Below, piece by piece: positions 19,581 to 28,694 of a stretch of DNA of 60,489 nt. This stretch comes from Candidatus Woesearchaeota archaeon (GTDB taxonomy: Archaea > Nanobdellota > Nanobdellia > Woesearchaeales > DATGWN01), in NCBI GenBank assembly GCA_047603125.1, contig JBLKOU010000002.1:1-60489 (forward strand). Reading direction: 5' to 3'. The first letter of the stretch is position 1. Every line of letters begins with the position of its first letter. The notes below the pieces were generated by a model. It made no database searches. It was not told where the DNA came from and saw nothing but the letters and a program-made list of their open reading frames with translations. Made by a program: the position numbers and the translations under genes.

Positions 19581-21284
19581 ATGTTTGGTGAAAGAGTGAG
19601 ATTAAATACAAGAGCAGTGGATGATCGAAGCACGGGCGCACCGTTTGTTATTGTTTTAACGCTGCTGATTATTTTTTACATTTTATTTTTGCCTCCGGGA
19701 GATAGAGCAAGTTTGCTTGGAGAAAATGGGCCATCTGGTCCGGGAACGCCTTCGCAACCAAGTCAAGTTCGGCCGGGTGAATCCTTGGTGTCATTAGGTT
19801 CTGGAGATTCTTTTGTTTTTGAAGGGCCGGGTCGGGTTACAGTGCAAGCGCAAAATCAGTATGAGCATATGTTGTCTACTTTTGCATTGCGTGGTGAATA
19901 TGAGGCGCAGATTCTTGCTGAGCGTCAATCTGTGCTTGTTTCACGATCTTTATTTGAGCGCCAAGACCAAGTTTTACAATTTTCAATGGACTCTCCGCAC
20001 CAAAATGCACGAGCAGTTTTAGACTTTGGGGCAGGTTCTGGATTAGTCACAGTTACACATAATGAAAATACTGTGTTTCAAGGTCCCATAACACAACCTG
20101 GCGTTGTTATTGATTTGCCGCGATTATACGAGAAAAACGAACTTCGTGTTCAAGTAGAAAGTCCAGGTTTTGCTTTCTGGACAAAAAATCAATATCCGCT
20201 TCGATTTATGCGCGTGCAAGCCGATGTTTTGGAGCAATCAACTTTGGATGCTTCCCAATCATTTAGTCTTCGTCCTATTGAAATTCAGAATTTAAATTCT
20301 GCCCGATTACGATTCTTTGCAGAGTGTCAATCCGATGTTGGCAAATTAACAGTTTATATTAATCAGAATCGAACATTTTCAAATGTTGTTGATTGTGGCA
20401 ATATTAATGTTATTAGCATTGCAAAGAGCAAACTTGTCTCTGGTCAAAATGTCATTGATTTTGAATTAGATTATGGAGTTGTATTGCTGGATCAAATTCG
20501 CGTATTAACTGATTTACATCGCGATGAAGGGTTGATGTATTATTTTGATTTGAATCCTGATTTATTTTTAGAAACATCTCGCACAACGGCGGTTTGTGGA
20601 GAAGTTGATGGTGTTTGTCCATCTGGCTGTAGTGCCCTTGTGGATAAAGACTGTTGCTTTGCAAATAACCCGAACGCATACTGGTGTCCAACACCAACAG
20701 CTTTATTATCTGATCGTTGTGTTGGTTTTGTTGATCAAACAAATGTTGATCGGTGTCCAAGTGGATATGAAGATAGACAAGGTCGAGTGCCAAGTGACTT
20801 TCGAGGAATATGCGGTGATAACAACGATGGTGTTTGTCCAGAAGGTTGTCTTCCTGAATATGATAAAGATTGTTGCTTTAAACAAGATGGATTTTGGTGT
20901 TCTGACATGCCTGTGGGCGGCGTGAGCAATGTGTGTATTCGTGAACTCACACAAGACACTTGCCCACTTTGTCCGAGTGGATATCGTGCACCACCTGGAA
21001 AATCAACACTCTCTTGTACTCCGGAATCTCGTTCATTAGTTGAAGATGATATTTCTCTGAAAACAGAATATCGTATTTTAGCTGAATTTCGTTTTGTTGA
21101 GGATGGTTCAAGAAACAACGCAGACGTACAAGTGAATGGACATACATTTACTTTCGATACGTATCGAGGTTTGGCGCAGTATGATATTTCTCGTTTTGTA
21201 AACGATTATACGAATTATTTACAAATTATTCCTCGTAGCGAATTCTCATTAGTGCAAACTCGAATTCGCGTAGAACGACGTTAA
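19581..21284 (+). CDS. Secreted or membrane-anchored protein with duplicated DGVCPxGC...DKDCCF cysteine motif
   Basis: N-terminal basic region plus hydrophobic helix (RSTGAPFVIVLTLLIIFYILF), then a P/G/S linker. Two copies of CG.x.DGVCP.GC...DKDCCF...WC are encoded at ~20587-20700 and ~20806-20915. Confidence 0.75.
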   Translation: MFGERVRLNTRAVDDRSTGAPFVIVLTLLIIFYILFLPPGDRASLLGENGPSGPGTPSQPSQVRPGESLVSLGSGDSFVFEGPGRVTVQAQNQYEHMLSTFALRGEYEAQILAERQSVLVSRSLFERQDQVLQFSMDSPHQNARAVLDFGAGSGLVTVTHNENTVFQGPITQPGVVIDLPRLYEKNELRVQVESPGFAFWTKNQYPLRFMRVQADVLEQSTLDASQSFSLRPIEIQNLNSARLRFFAECQSDVGKLTVYINQNRTFSNVVDCGNINVISIAKSKLVSGQNVIDFELDYGVVLLDQIRVLTDLHRDEGLMYYFDLNPDLFLETSRTTAVCGEVDGVCPSGCSALVDKDCCFANNPNAYWCPTPTALLSDRCVGFVDQTNVDRCPSGYEDRQGRVPSDFRGICGDNNDGVCPEGCLPEYDKDCCFKQDGFWCSDMPVGGVSNVCIRELTQDTCPLCPSGYRAPPGKSTLSCTPESRSLVEDDISLKTEYRILAEFRFVEDGSRNNADVQVNGHTFTFDTYRGLAQYDISRFVNDYTNYLQIIPRSEFSLVQTRIRVERR

Positions 21285-21285
21285 A

Positions 21286-23646
21286 ATGGTTTCCATAGGT
21301 GCTCCTGCAAAGAAAGTTTTGCCGTCAAATGTTTTGACATTTTTAATTCTCTATATTATTTTTCATTATATGGTTGATTTTATTTTATTAGAATTTGATA
21401 TGAGTTCTAGTAGTGGTATTTGGGCTAGGACATTGGCACACATTATTGTTGCTTGTGTTTTTGCAAATACGCTATTAGGAACAGGAGAGCATGCATCGCA
21501 GAAACCAAAAACGATGATGCTCATTGTGATTCTTCCGCTTTTAATCATGGGATTGTCGGGTGTGCTTCCTTTTCCTCCAATTGTGAATCCTCTTATTGCC
21601 ATGTCACTTCTAGTGATTGGATTATTAATTGCCCTACGTCAAAAAATAGAATTTGGTGTGGGAATTTTAATCACATTTCTTATTTCTTTGTATATTTTAC
21701 CATTACTTGGAAATTTTTTTGTTAATTTGCCTGTGCAAAATGTTGTTACTACCGGGCTTCATAATTTTCTCACGCCATTATTTATTTTACCGTGGTTTAT
21801 TTATGTTGTTTTTATACAAGGGTATGTCCCAACCACGGGGGGTGTAGTATTTTTAGGGATTGTTTATTTGGTGTTTATTGTCGTAAGTATTTTTTTCACC
21901 GCAAATGGTTTTACATTTGTTAGCGGATATGCTTCTCAAATAGATGATCAGCAGATGCAAACCTTTGTGAGTGGCGTTTCTACAATGCAAAATTTGACCA
22001 CGCAATTATTTAAGTTAGAAACGTATACAAATCTTTGGAATCAGACGCAAACAAGATTTGATGAGGGAATAGATCGAGCAACTGGTCGAAACTTTGAAGC
22101 CAGAGTCGAGCAGGGGGCGGGACGCGAAGTTGGTCTTCGATTAGATTCGGTTCGTATTGCGCAAAACCAATTTGAACCTGATCAGCCAATATTACTTCAA
22201 TCTCGAATTGAAGCACAAACACTTAATGAGCCAATTTTAGCACATTTTTTTTGTAAAGCCTCAGCTCCACGTTTTGAGCGTTATGGGGAGGTTTTTCCTG
22301 AGCAGTTAACTGTGACGAGTTTTGCAAATCGCGGGCTTTCTTGTGAATTTCATCCCCTCCGTCATACACTTGAACCTTCGCGCTCATATGAGGGTATTCT
22401 TGGAGCGCGGTTTACATTTACAAGTCTTGCCTATGTCAATCGATATTTTGTTCGAGATGATATTTATACGCAACTTTCCTCTTCATCGCAGCGATTACGA
22501 CCTGAGCAAGCCTTTTATCAATCCTATGGAATTACGACTCCAAGAACAACGCCGTTTCAGACACGCGGGCCTATTAATTTAGGTATAACTGTTGATTCGG
22601 AAGTAATTCCTCTTGCGCCCGATGATCGTTTTTTGATGACTGCGTATATTGAAAATGGTCGTCGTTGGGATGGGAAAATCCATCGCATTCGTGAAGTATT
22701 ATTATCAATGCCAAGGGGTTTACAAATTCGTGAAGATGCAAATGGATTATCATGTACGGCAAGTGGTTTGGCGGGCAATTTTTCACGATTAACAGTATGT
22801 GAAGATTATACTGCATTTGAAGATGTTGATTGTCAAACATATACACACATTCGATTTTTACCTGAAACGGGCGAGTTAACTGATTCACAGCGTCAAAGCG
22901 TGCTCTTTTCTTGTCAAGTAGACGTTGCATCTGCAGATCAATTGCTTGCAAATGCGCCATTTTCGATGAGAAGCTTGCGCATGCGCGCATCATACGAGTA
23001 TGAAATTACGCAATCGCGTCGTTTCTCAGTTACTGATGGAGATGTAACAATTGTGGATGAGTCCGTTGAGAATCAACGATTTTGTAATGCGCATGAGCAT
23101 CCGTATCAACAGCACCCTGTTGGATCATACATGTTTAATTTTAATAATGAATTACGTGAGCAATATAATGAAGCCGTGCGTACAATTTTTGAAAAACCTT
23201 CATATGAGTCGGTTTTAAATGATGCAGCCTGTGTTGAGCGCAATTTGCTCCTTGGTCAAGCAACATATTTTTGGCCACAAACAAGTTCGGGCAGTTCGAT
23301 TGCAAGTCAGTATTATGGTCATTTTCGTGTAACGCCACGTATGCTTAGTGATTTGATTAATTTTGATTATCAAGATTATGCCTTGCTTGCTGATGAAGAC
23401 CCTCGAATTATTTTGCAAGCACAACACGAACAAATCGCAAAAGATTATGCTTCTGTTGTGGCGGATCTGTGTGACCCATTCTCCATAGAATGTCTTGTCG
23501 GGAAATTTAATTGTGGAATAGGGTTTGAGCTAGGTAATTTGAATTCCTGTTTTGATCGCTCATTCTGTCAATATTGCCATGATACATTGGTTCCACAAAT
23601 TTCCACAATTGTTGGTCAAGTGGATTACTTCTCTAGTCGGGAATAG
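21286..23646 (+). CDS. Fusion of a polytopic membrane domain (~6-7 TM) and a ~570-aa extracytoplasmic domain; unknown function
   Basis: 786-aa ORF that starts 1 nt after the stop of the previous gene. The first ~215 residues are a hydrophobic helix bundle and the rest is hydrophilic with scattered Cys. Confidence 0.75.
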   Translation: MVSIGAPAKKVLPSNVLTFLILYIIFHYMVDFILLEFDMSSSSGIWARTLAHIIVACVFANTLLGTGEHASQKPKTMMLIVILPLLIMGLSGVLPFPPIVNPLIAMSLLVIGLLIALRQKIEFGVGILITFLISLYILPLLGNFFVNLPVQNVVTTGLHNFLTPLFILPWFIYVVFIQGYVPTTGGVVFLGIVYLVFIVVSIFFTANGFTFVSGYASQIDDQQMQTFVSGVSTMQNLTTQLFKLETYTNLWNQTQTRFDEGIDRATGRNFEARVEQGAGREVGLRLDSVRIAQNQFEPDQPILLQSRIEAQTLNEPILAHFFCKASAPRFERYGEVFPEQLTVTSFANRGLSCEFHPLRHTLEPSRSYEGILGARFTFTSLAYVNRYFVRDDIYTQLSSSSQRLRPEQAFYQSYGITTPRTTPFQTRGPINLGITVDSEVIPLAPDDRFLMTAYIENGRRWDGKIHRIREVLLSMPRGLQIREDANGLSCTASGLAGNFSRLTVCEDYTAFEDVDCQTYTHIRFLPETGELTDSQRQSVLFSCQVDVASADQLLANAPFSMRSLRMRASYEYEITQSRRFSVTDGDVTIVDESVENQRFCNAHEHPYQQHPVGSYMFNFNNELREQYNEAVRTIFEKPSYESVLNDAACVERNLLLGQATYFWPQTSSGSSIASQYYGHFRVTPRMLSDLINFDYQDYALLADEDPRIILQAQHEQIAKDYASVVADLCDPFSIECLVGKFNCGIGFELGNLNSCFDRSFCQYCHDTLVPQISTIVGQVDYFSSRE

Positions 23647-23704
23647 TTTTTTCCAGTATCTTCGACTAGATTTGTATTTTTTTTTTGTGAACCCGTTTGA
23701 AGGT

Positions 23705-23838
23705 TAGTTAGCGGCAAAAGAAAAGCATAACTCCTTGGCGTAAAATCAAAAATCAGAGCGATTCATGCAGCTCTGATTTTGCAAACTTGACAGCTGTCGT
23801 GAAATCGCCGAGTTATGCGAAATTAATGTCGTCGACTA
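23705..23838 (+). repeat. Intergenic repeat family A, copy 2
   Basis: Matches 47-180 apart from 2 substitutions (gacaActg/gacaGctg and cgccAag/cgccGag), in the same orientation. Confidence 0.85.
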
Positions 23839-23896
23839 GGTATTAGATAGATTTTTAAATAATAACTTTAAAACAGAGTTATGCGTTTTTGGAATA

Positions 23897-24553
23897 TTGT
23901 CAGGTCCATTTTTTTTTTCAGAGAGATTTAATTCACAATTAGGGAATGCTATAATAGGCTCAACTTCGTTTTATTTGCTTCAATGGTTTGGTATTTTTGC
24001 AGCTTTGCCTATTGTTTATGGTATTTACTTAGTGGTACTTGAATTTATTCGTGGTAGTGGAGCTTGGTTTGGTCCTGATTTGGCACTCGTTTTATTATCT
24101 GCTTTTATAGGATTATTGGTGATGGTGTTTGCGATATTATTTGTATTTTTGATAGGATTATCTTTTTTGTGTAGTTTACTTTTAATTTATCCTAATTCAA
24201 AAATGTCATTTTCACAAGTTTTTGAAGTTCATATTCTTTCATCGACACCTTTATTCATAAGTATGTTTATTTCAATGATAACTCTTTTTTTGTCTTATTA
24301 TATTTCTTATTTATTTAAAATGTTGCCATATTATTTTTATTATTATTTTATACACATTGTTCCATTCTTTTTACTTGTTGGAGGAATTGTTATTTCTTTT
24401 TATTTACAGTATGGCGCTTGGAGGAAAGTATATTCTATCCCGATTAAATCTTTTTTATTTTCCCAAATACTTTTTAGTTTGACAATTTTTATTTTATTTG
24501 CAATTATTTTATATCTTTTATTAAATCCTTATATTTTTTATAGGTTTATTTAA
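23897..24553 (+). CDS. Polytopic membrane protein, unknown function
   Basis: 218-aa ORF (TTG start) that is almost entirely hydrophobic helices. Confidence 0.6.
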   Translation: MSGPFFFSERFNSQLGNAIIGSTSFYLLQWFGIFAALPIVYGIYLVVLEFIRGSGAWFGPDLALVLLSAFIGLLVMVFAILFVFLIGLSFLCSLLLIYPNSKMSFSQVFEVHILSSTPLFISMFISMITLFLSYYISYLFKMLPYYFYYYFIHIVPFFLLVGGIVISFYLQYGAWRKVYSIPIKSFLFSQILFSLTIFILFAIILYLLLNPYIFYRFI

Positions 24554-24656
24554 TCTAAAAATATTTTTAACGGGGTTTTCATTTTTTCTTATAAAATTAT
24601 TGGAAGGTGCTGCATCGATGACAAAACTTAAAAACTCGATTCGTTATTACTAGCGT

Positions 24657-25577
24657 ATGTATCGACATATACTTGTTTTGGTAGTTGTTTTGTTCTTAGT
24701 GAGCGCGTGTCAAGGCGGTCCTCGCGGAAGTGTGACAGATGATGATTTTCGCACTGGCACACAAGCAGTTGCTCTTAATTTTGAGCGAAATGCACCTCCA
24801 AATCAAATTATTTCAGGAGATACTTTTAGTGCTGCACTCACACTTGAGAATCGTGGAGCCGCAGATGTTCGTCGCGGTATTATTATTTTATCAACTGATG
24901 AGTCGATTCTTTCTTTATCTGGTCAGAATAGACAATCATTTTCCCTGGAAGGGAAATCACGGACGTATCCACGCGGCGAGAGTGATTTAATTGTTTTTGG
25001 TGGTCGTGCGCAACCGTTAACATCGCAAAGTCAGCGTCAAGATACACAACTAATTGCGACTGTTTGTTATGATTACCAAACATATGTGTTTGAAGATGTG
25101 TGTATTGATATGGATCCCTATAATCAAAACCCGCATCTTGATCGTATTTGCCAAACGCGAACAATTTCTCCAGGTGGTCGAGGAGGTCCAGTTGGTGTAC
25201 GTACTATTGATGTGCGATATGAACAACAAGATCAACGGTTCGTTCCAATTATTCAATTTGAAATAGCAAAATTAGGAAGTGGGTTTATTTATGAGCATGG
25301 TCGAAGTGATTCTTATTGCGGCTCACGCTCGTTTGGTGGTGAGGCGAATCTTGTGCAATTTGATGCGACACTTTCTGATATTCCTTTAGACTGTCAAGGA
25401 TTAACGCGAGGGGTTCATGGGTATTTTCAAGTAGAGTTGCGTGATGGTTCTGCGCGTGTTTCTTGTTTTTCAAATTCATATGATCGCCAGTTTGGTTCGT
25501 ATGTTGCGCCCTTATCTATAGATCTGCGTTATGGGCATACACATTCTGTTTCTCGTCAAGTTTCTATTGTACGATAA
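24657..25577 (+). CDS. Lipobox-containing secreted protein, paralog 1 of 3
   Basis: Signal peptide ending LVSAC. Shares RTGTQAVAL.F, LENRGAADV and the central CYDYQTYVFEDVC motif with the 26683 and 27649 products. Confidence 0.75.
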   Translation: MYRHILVLVVVLFLVSACQGGPRGSVTDDDFRTGTQAVALNFERNAPPNQIISGDTFSAALTLENRGAADVRRGIIILSTDESILSLSGQNRQSFSLEGKSRTYPRGESDLIVFGGRAQPLTSQSQRQDTQLIATVCYDYQTYVFEDVCIDMDPYNQNPHLDRICQTRTISPGGRGGPVGVRTIDVRYEQQDQRFVPIIQFEIAKLGSGFIYEHGRSDSYCGSRSFGGEANLVQFDATLSDIPLDCQGLTRGVHGYFQVELRDGSARVSCFSNSYDRQFGSYVAPLSIDLRYGHTHSVSRQVSIVR

Positions 25578-25608
25578 GTATATAAATTATGATAGCTTCC
25601 CCACATGT

Positions 25609-25842
25609 ATGGTCGCAAGACAACCAAGTTCGACATTACAAACCGTTGGAGCATTATTGGTTACTGTGATTTCTTCAGTAATCATGATAGTATTGAGTAT
25701 TTTGTACTTTATGCTCACAATTTGGGTTATTCGAGTAGGTGCATCATGGGCTGGCGCAGAAGCGGACGGAAACATGATTGTACTGACTGCAGGTATTGTT
25801 ACTGCAGCAATTTTGCTCGGTTCAGCTCTTCAAAGACGGTAA
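25609..25842 (+). CDS. Small two-TM membrane protein
   Basis: 77 aa from the ATG at 25609, with two hydrophobic helices. It is the internal part of ORF 25531..25842. Confidence 0.4.
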   Translation: MVARQPSSTLQTVGALLVTVISSVIMIVLSILYFMLTIWVIRVGASWAGAEADGNMIVLTAGIVTAAILLGSALQRR

Positions 25843-25863
25843 ATCTTTTTGTTTTTTCTTTTT

Positions 25864-26598
25864 TTAATTTAGAAAAGGGTCTGGATTGTTTTCAATGTTA
25901 TATTTTCCATTATTTGTTCGGTAATATTTTTTTTCTGAACCGACGGGACATCCTTCGGGGAATTTTGTTGTTGGATAGAGAAAATCATATCGATAGTGCA
26001 TTGGTCCCCAATATTGATTGTCTCCATGGATAGCTCCAGCTTTATTATATTCGCTTAGATTTGTTTGAATTTTTTGTAAAAACGGCGTAAGTCTGTTTTC
26101 TGTTATGATTGCTTGGTGGATGTAAATTGTTATGCCTTTTCCTTTTTGGTTTGGACTGCATTCTTTGAAGAATCGTTTTGTGGATAGCTTAACAATTAGT
26201 TGAAAATGTTCCAATGTTTGTTTCATGAGATTATATGCGAAGGCAACATCTTGAATATTTTCACAGAAAATGTGTATTTTCCAGCCAGAAAGTGGGAATT
26301 TATTTGATTGTATTGTAAAAAACATGTTATTTTCATTTTCTAGTTCTTGCAATACTCGCGATTGGAGGGGTTGCTTATCACAAAGATCAATGACTTTGAG
26401 TCGAAGACCATATATTCGGGGAATATAATTGGGTTCTCTTATTCTTGAGCGAACTTCTTGAATGTATTGAATGATTTTTTGTGCATCATAAGTAGTTTTT
26501 TGTGTTTGTATGGTTTTTAGTTGCTTTAGAAGTTCAAATAATTGCTCAAATGAGGTTGTTTCATAAACAGCGTCTGAAATAAGTTGTTCGTTTTGCAT
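25864..26598 (-). CDS. Hypothetical cytoplasmic protein
   Basis: 244-aa ORF on the opposite strand inside the surface-protein cluster. Motifs GWKIHIF and QKGKGITIYIH; no signal peptide. Confidence 0.6.
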   Translation of the reverse strand: MQNEQLISDAVYETTSFEQLFELLKQLKTIQTQKTTYDAQKIIQYIQEVRSRIREPNYIPRIYGLRLKVIDLCDKQPLQSRVLQELENENNMFFTIQSNKFPLSGWKIHIFCENIQDVAFAYNLMKQTLEHFQLIVKLSTKRFFKECSPNQKGKGITIYIHQAIITENRLTPFLQKIQTNLSEYNKAGAIHGDNQYWGPMHYRYDFLYPTTKFPEGCPVGSEKKYYRTNNGKYNIENNPDPFLN

Positions 26599-26650
26599 AT
26601 GTATGTATTAATGCTTGTTTCTATAAAAATATGCCTTTTTTACTTAACAA

Positions 26651-26660
26651 TATTTATAAA
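26651..26660 (+). promoter_or_regulatory. TATA box for the 26683 gene (leaderless geometry)
   Basis: tatttataaa is centred ~28 nt upstream of the ATG. Confidence 0.45.
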
Positions 26661-26682
26661 TCAGCGACGATAAAAAGAACCT

Positions 26683-27594
26683 ATGGTACATGAGCGCCAC
26701 TTCCATGTAGGATATGTAGTAATGTTTTTTCTTGCACTGTTATTATATTCGGGCTGTGCTGGTGGTGGCGTATCTGAGAGTTCATATAGGAGTGGTTCAC
26801 AAGGGATAGAACTTCGTTGGGCTCAGGGTAATCAATATGACTTTTTTGAAGGGGAGCCTGTTTCTCTTTTATTAGATGTGCGAAATCGTGGTTCTCATCC
26901 TGTGCAACAGCAAGATATGAAATTATTTTTAACCGGTGGTTTTGATCGAACGTATTTGCCCTTAGAGATTAATCAAGTGCCCGGAACGTTAGAAGGGAGA
27001 ACGCGTTTTGATCCTCGTGGAGATTTTGGTGAATTAATCACAATTGGCATGAATCAACCTGCACGTTTACCTGTTCATAGAAAAGAATTTGCGCAATCTG
27101 TTCATGTGACTGCATGTTATCGGTATAAAACACAGACATTTGCTTCTGCATGTGTCGATCCTGATCCATTTAATCGTCGGCTTGCAAGTAAGGCATGTCA
27201 ATTAAATGTGCGAGGCTATGGTGCGCAAGGACATCCAGTTGTTGTGAATAGAATTGATCCAGTTGTAGCGGGAAACGATATTCGCTATACGATTTATTTT
27301 TCTAATCAAGGCAGAGGAACTGTTTATTCGCCGTCTTTATCACTTGATGCTTGTGGACTTAATACGTACGAGCAGCGTTCGACAAATGTGGTAACGGCAA
27401 CAGCAATGCTGGGGAGTCGATCACTTCGCTGTGAACCTACGGGATTAGTTCGTTTGATTAATAATCAGGGGATGCTGGTCTGTACTTGTCAAAATTGTCT
27501 TGAGGATAATGCGTTTGAGACAACACTGACTGTGGAGCTCTCCTATATCTATGGGTCGTCAATTAGCACCAATATTCGCTTGTATAGTGACTAA
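26683..27594 (+). CDS. Lipobox-containing secreted protein, paralog 2 of 3
   Basis: Signal peptide ending LYSGC. Shares RSGSQGIEL, VRNRGSHPV and CYRYKTQTFASAC with the other two paralogs. Confidence 0.75.
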   Translation: MVHERHFHVGYVVMFFLALLLYSGCAGGGVSESSYRSGSQGIELRWAQGNQYDFFEGEPVSLLLDVRNRGSHPVQQQDMKLFLTGGFDRTYLPLEINQVPGTLEGRTRFDPRGDFGELITIGMNQPARLPVHRKEFAQSVHVTACYRYKTQTFASACVDPDPFNRRLASKACQLNVRGYGAQGHPVVVNRIDPVVAGNDIRYTIYFSNQGRGTVYSPSLSLDACGLNTYEQRSTNVVTATAMLGSRSLRCEPTGLVRLINNQGMLVCTCQNCLEDNAFETTLTVELSYIYGSSISTNIRLYSD

Positions 27595-27648
27595 ATAATA
27601 GATACATTTATAAAATAAAAACGCCAGTTTTTTCAATTAGGTGATATT

Positions 27649-28605
27649 ATGAGATATTTAGCTGTACTTTTTATCGTTTCGGCGCTTCTAGTCGCAGGTT
27701 GTGGCGATGGTTCGCGAGATTCAGGGTTTACAAACCCATTTATCGGAGGCTCTAAAGCGCTTGATTTACGATTTCAACCTGGTGCGCCAGTTGATGAAAT
27801 CCAAGATGCGGGTAATTTTCCGTTTGGCGTGACTGTTGAAGTAATCAATGTGGGTGAGAGTGACATTGATGTGAGTGATGGATATATCAAAATTGATGGG
27901 ATTAGCCCAGAAGACTTTGGTGTAACATCTGGTGACTTTCGTCAAGAATTGCCGCCAATGCGTGGTGCAACAAAAAGTGGTCAAGGTCAAATTATTAATG
28001 GTGATAGGGACGCAGTTTCCTTTGGTCCAATGACATATATGCCACGATTAGCTGGAAGTGTATCTTCAGTTACGGTTCGAGCACTTGCTTGTTATAATTA
28101 TGAAACGCGCGCAACAACAACGCTTTGTGTGAAATCCAATCCAATGGATCCAACAACAACGGGTGATGTTTGTGACGTGAGTGGTCCAAAAAGATATGCA
28201 AATAGTGCAGGTCCAATTCGTGTAGTTGATGTTGTACAAAACCCGTCCGGTCGTGATGGAATTCAAGTTGCATTGACTATACAGCCAACATCTGCAAATA
28301 ATAATTTTTATAGAGCCGACTCGGAATGTACGCGACAAGTCACAGATCCAAATATTCGACAAGTATATGTTGAAGTTGAACCAATCCTTGGTGGTCGATT
28401 ACACCCAACATGTCGTGGTTTTGTTGAAGGACAGGGATCTTCAGGATTTGTACGGTTTTCCTCTAATACTGATAAGCGAGAAATTTATTGTACTTTTGAT
28501 GTTTCGGATGTTGAGGTAGATGCAGAGGTGCAAATGGATTTGTCTATTAAATACCGTTACGAGGACATTATTTCAAAACCAATTCTTATTAGAAGTTCTA
28601 CATAG
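27649..28605 (+). CDS. Lipobox-containing secreted protein, paralog 3 of 3
   Basis: Signal peptide ending LVAGC, with VINVGESDI and CYNYETRATTTLC. An SD-like aggtga lies 8 nt upstream. Confidence 0.75.
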   Translation: MRYLAVLFIVSALLVAGCGDGSRDSGFTNPFIGGSKALDLRFQPGAPVDEIQDAGNFPFGVTVEVINVGESDIDVSDGYIKIDGISPEDFGVTSGDFRQELPPMRGATKSGQGQIINGDRDAVSFGPMTYMPRLAGSVSSVTVRALACYNYETRATTTLCVKSNPMDPTTTGDVCDVSGPKRYANSAGPIRVVDVVQNPSGRDGIQVALTIQPTSANNNFYRADSECTRQVTDPNIRQVYVEVEPILGGRLHPTCRGFVEGQGSSGFVRFSSNTDKREIYCTFDVSDVEVDAEVQMDLSIKYRYEDIISKPILIRSST

Positions 28606-28694
28606 AACTTTTTTTTTGTTTATTTTTTTCTTTTGTGTGGATACGTAATCTGGTATAGTAGATTGTTTAATATAATTTTTTCTCAAATAAACCC

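Noticed and set aside
20452-23433. Numerous 60-140-aa ORFs on both strands within the 19581 and 21286 genes
   Set aside because: All are nested in or antisense to much longer ORFs with coherent signal/TM/domain architecture.
23881-23918. ATG at 23881 followed by a T10 run, as a possible frameshifted true start of the 23897 membrane protein
   Set aside because: It would add only five N-terminal residues and there is no conservation evidence. The TTG start at 23897 is adequate, and it cannot be resolved without reads.
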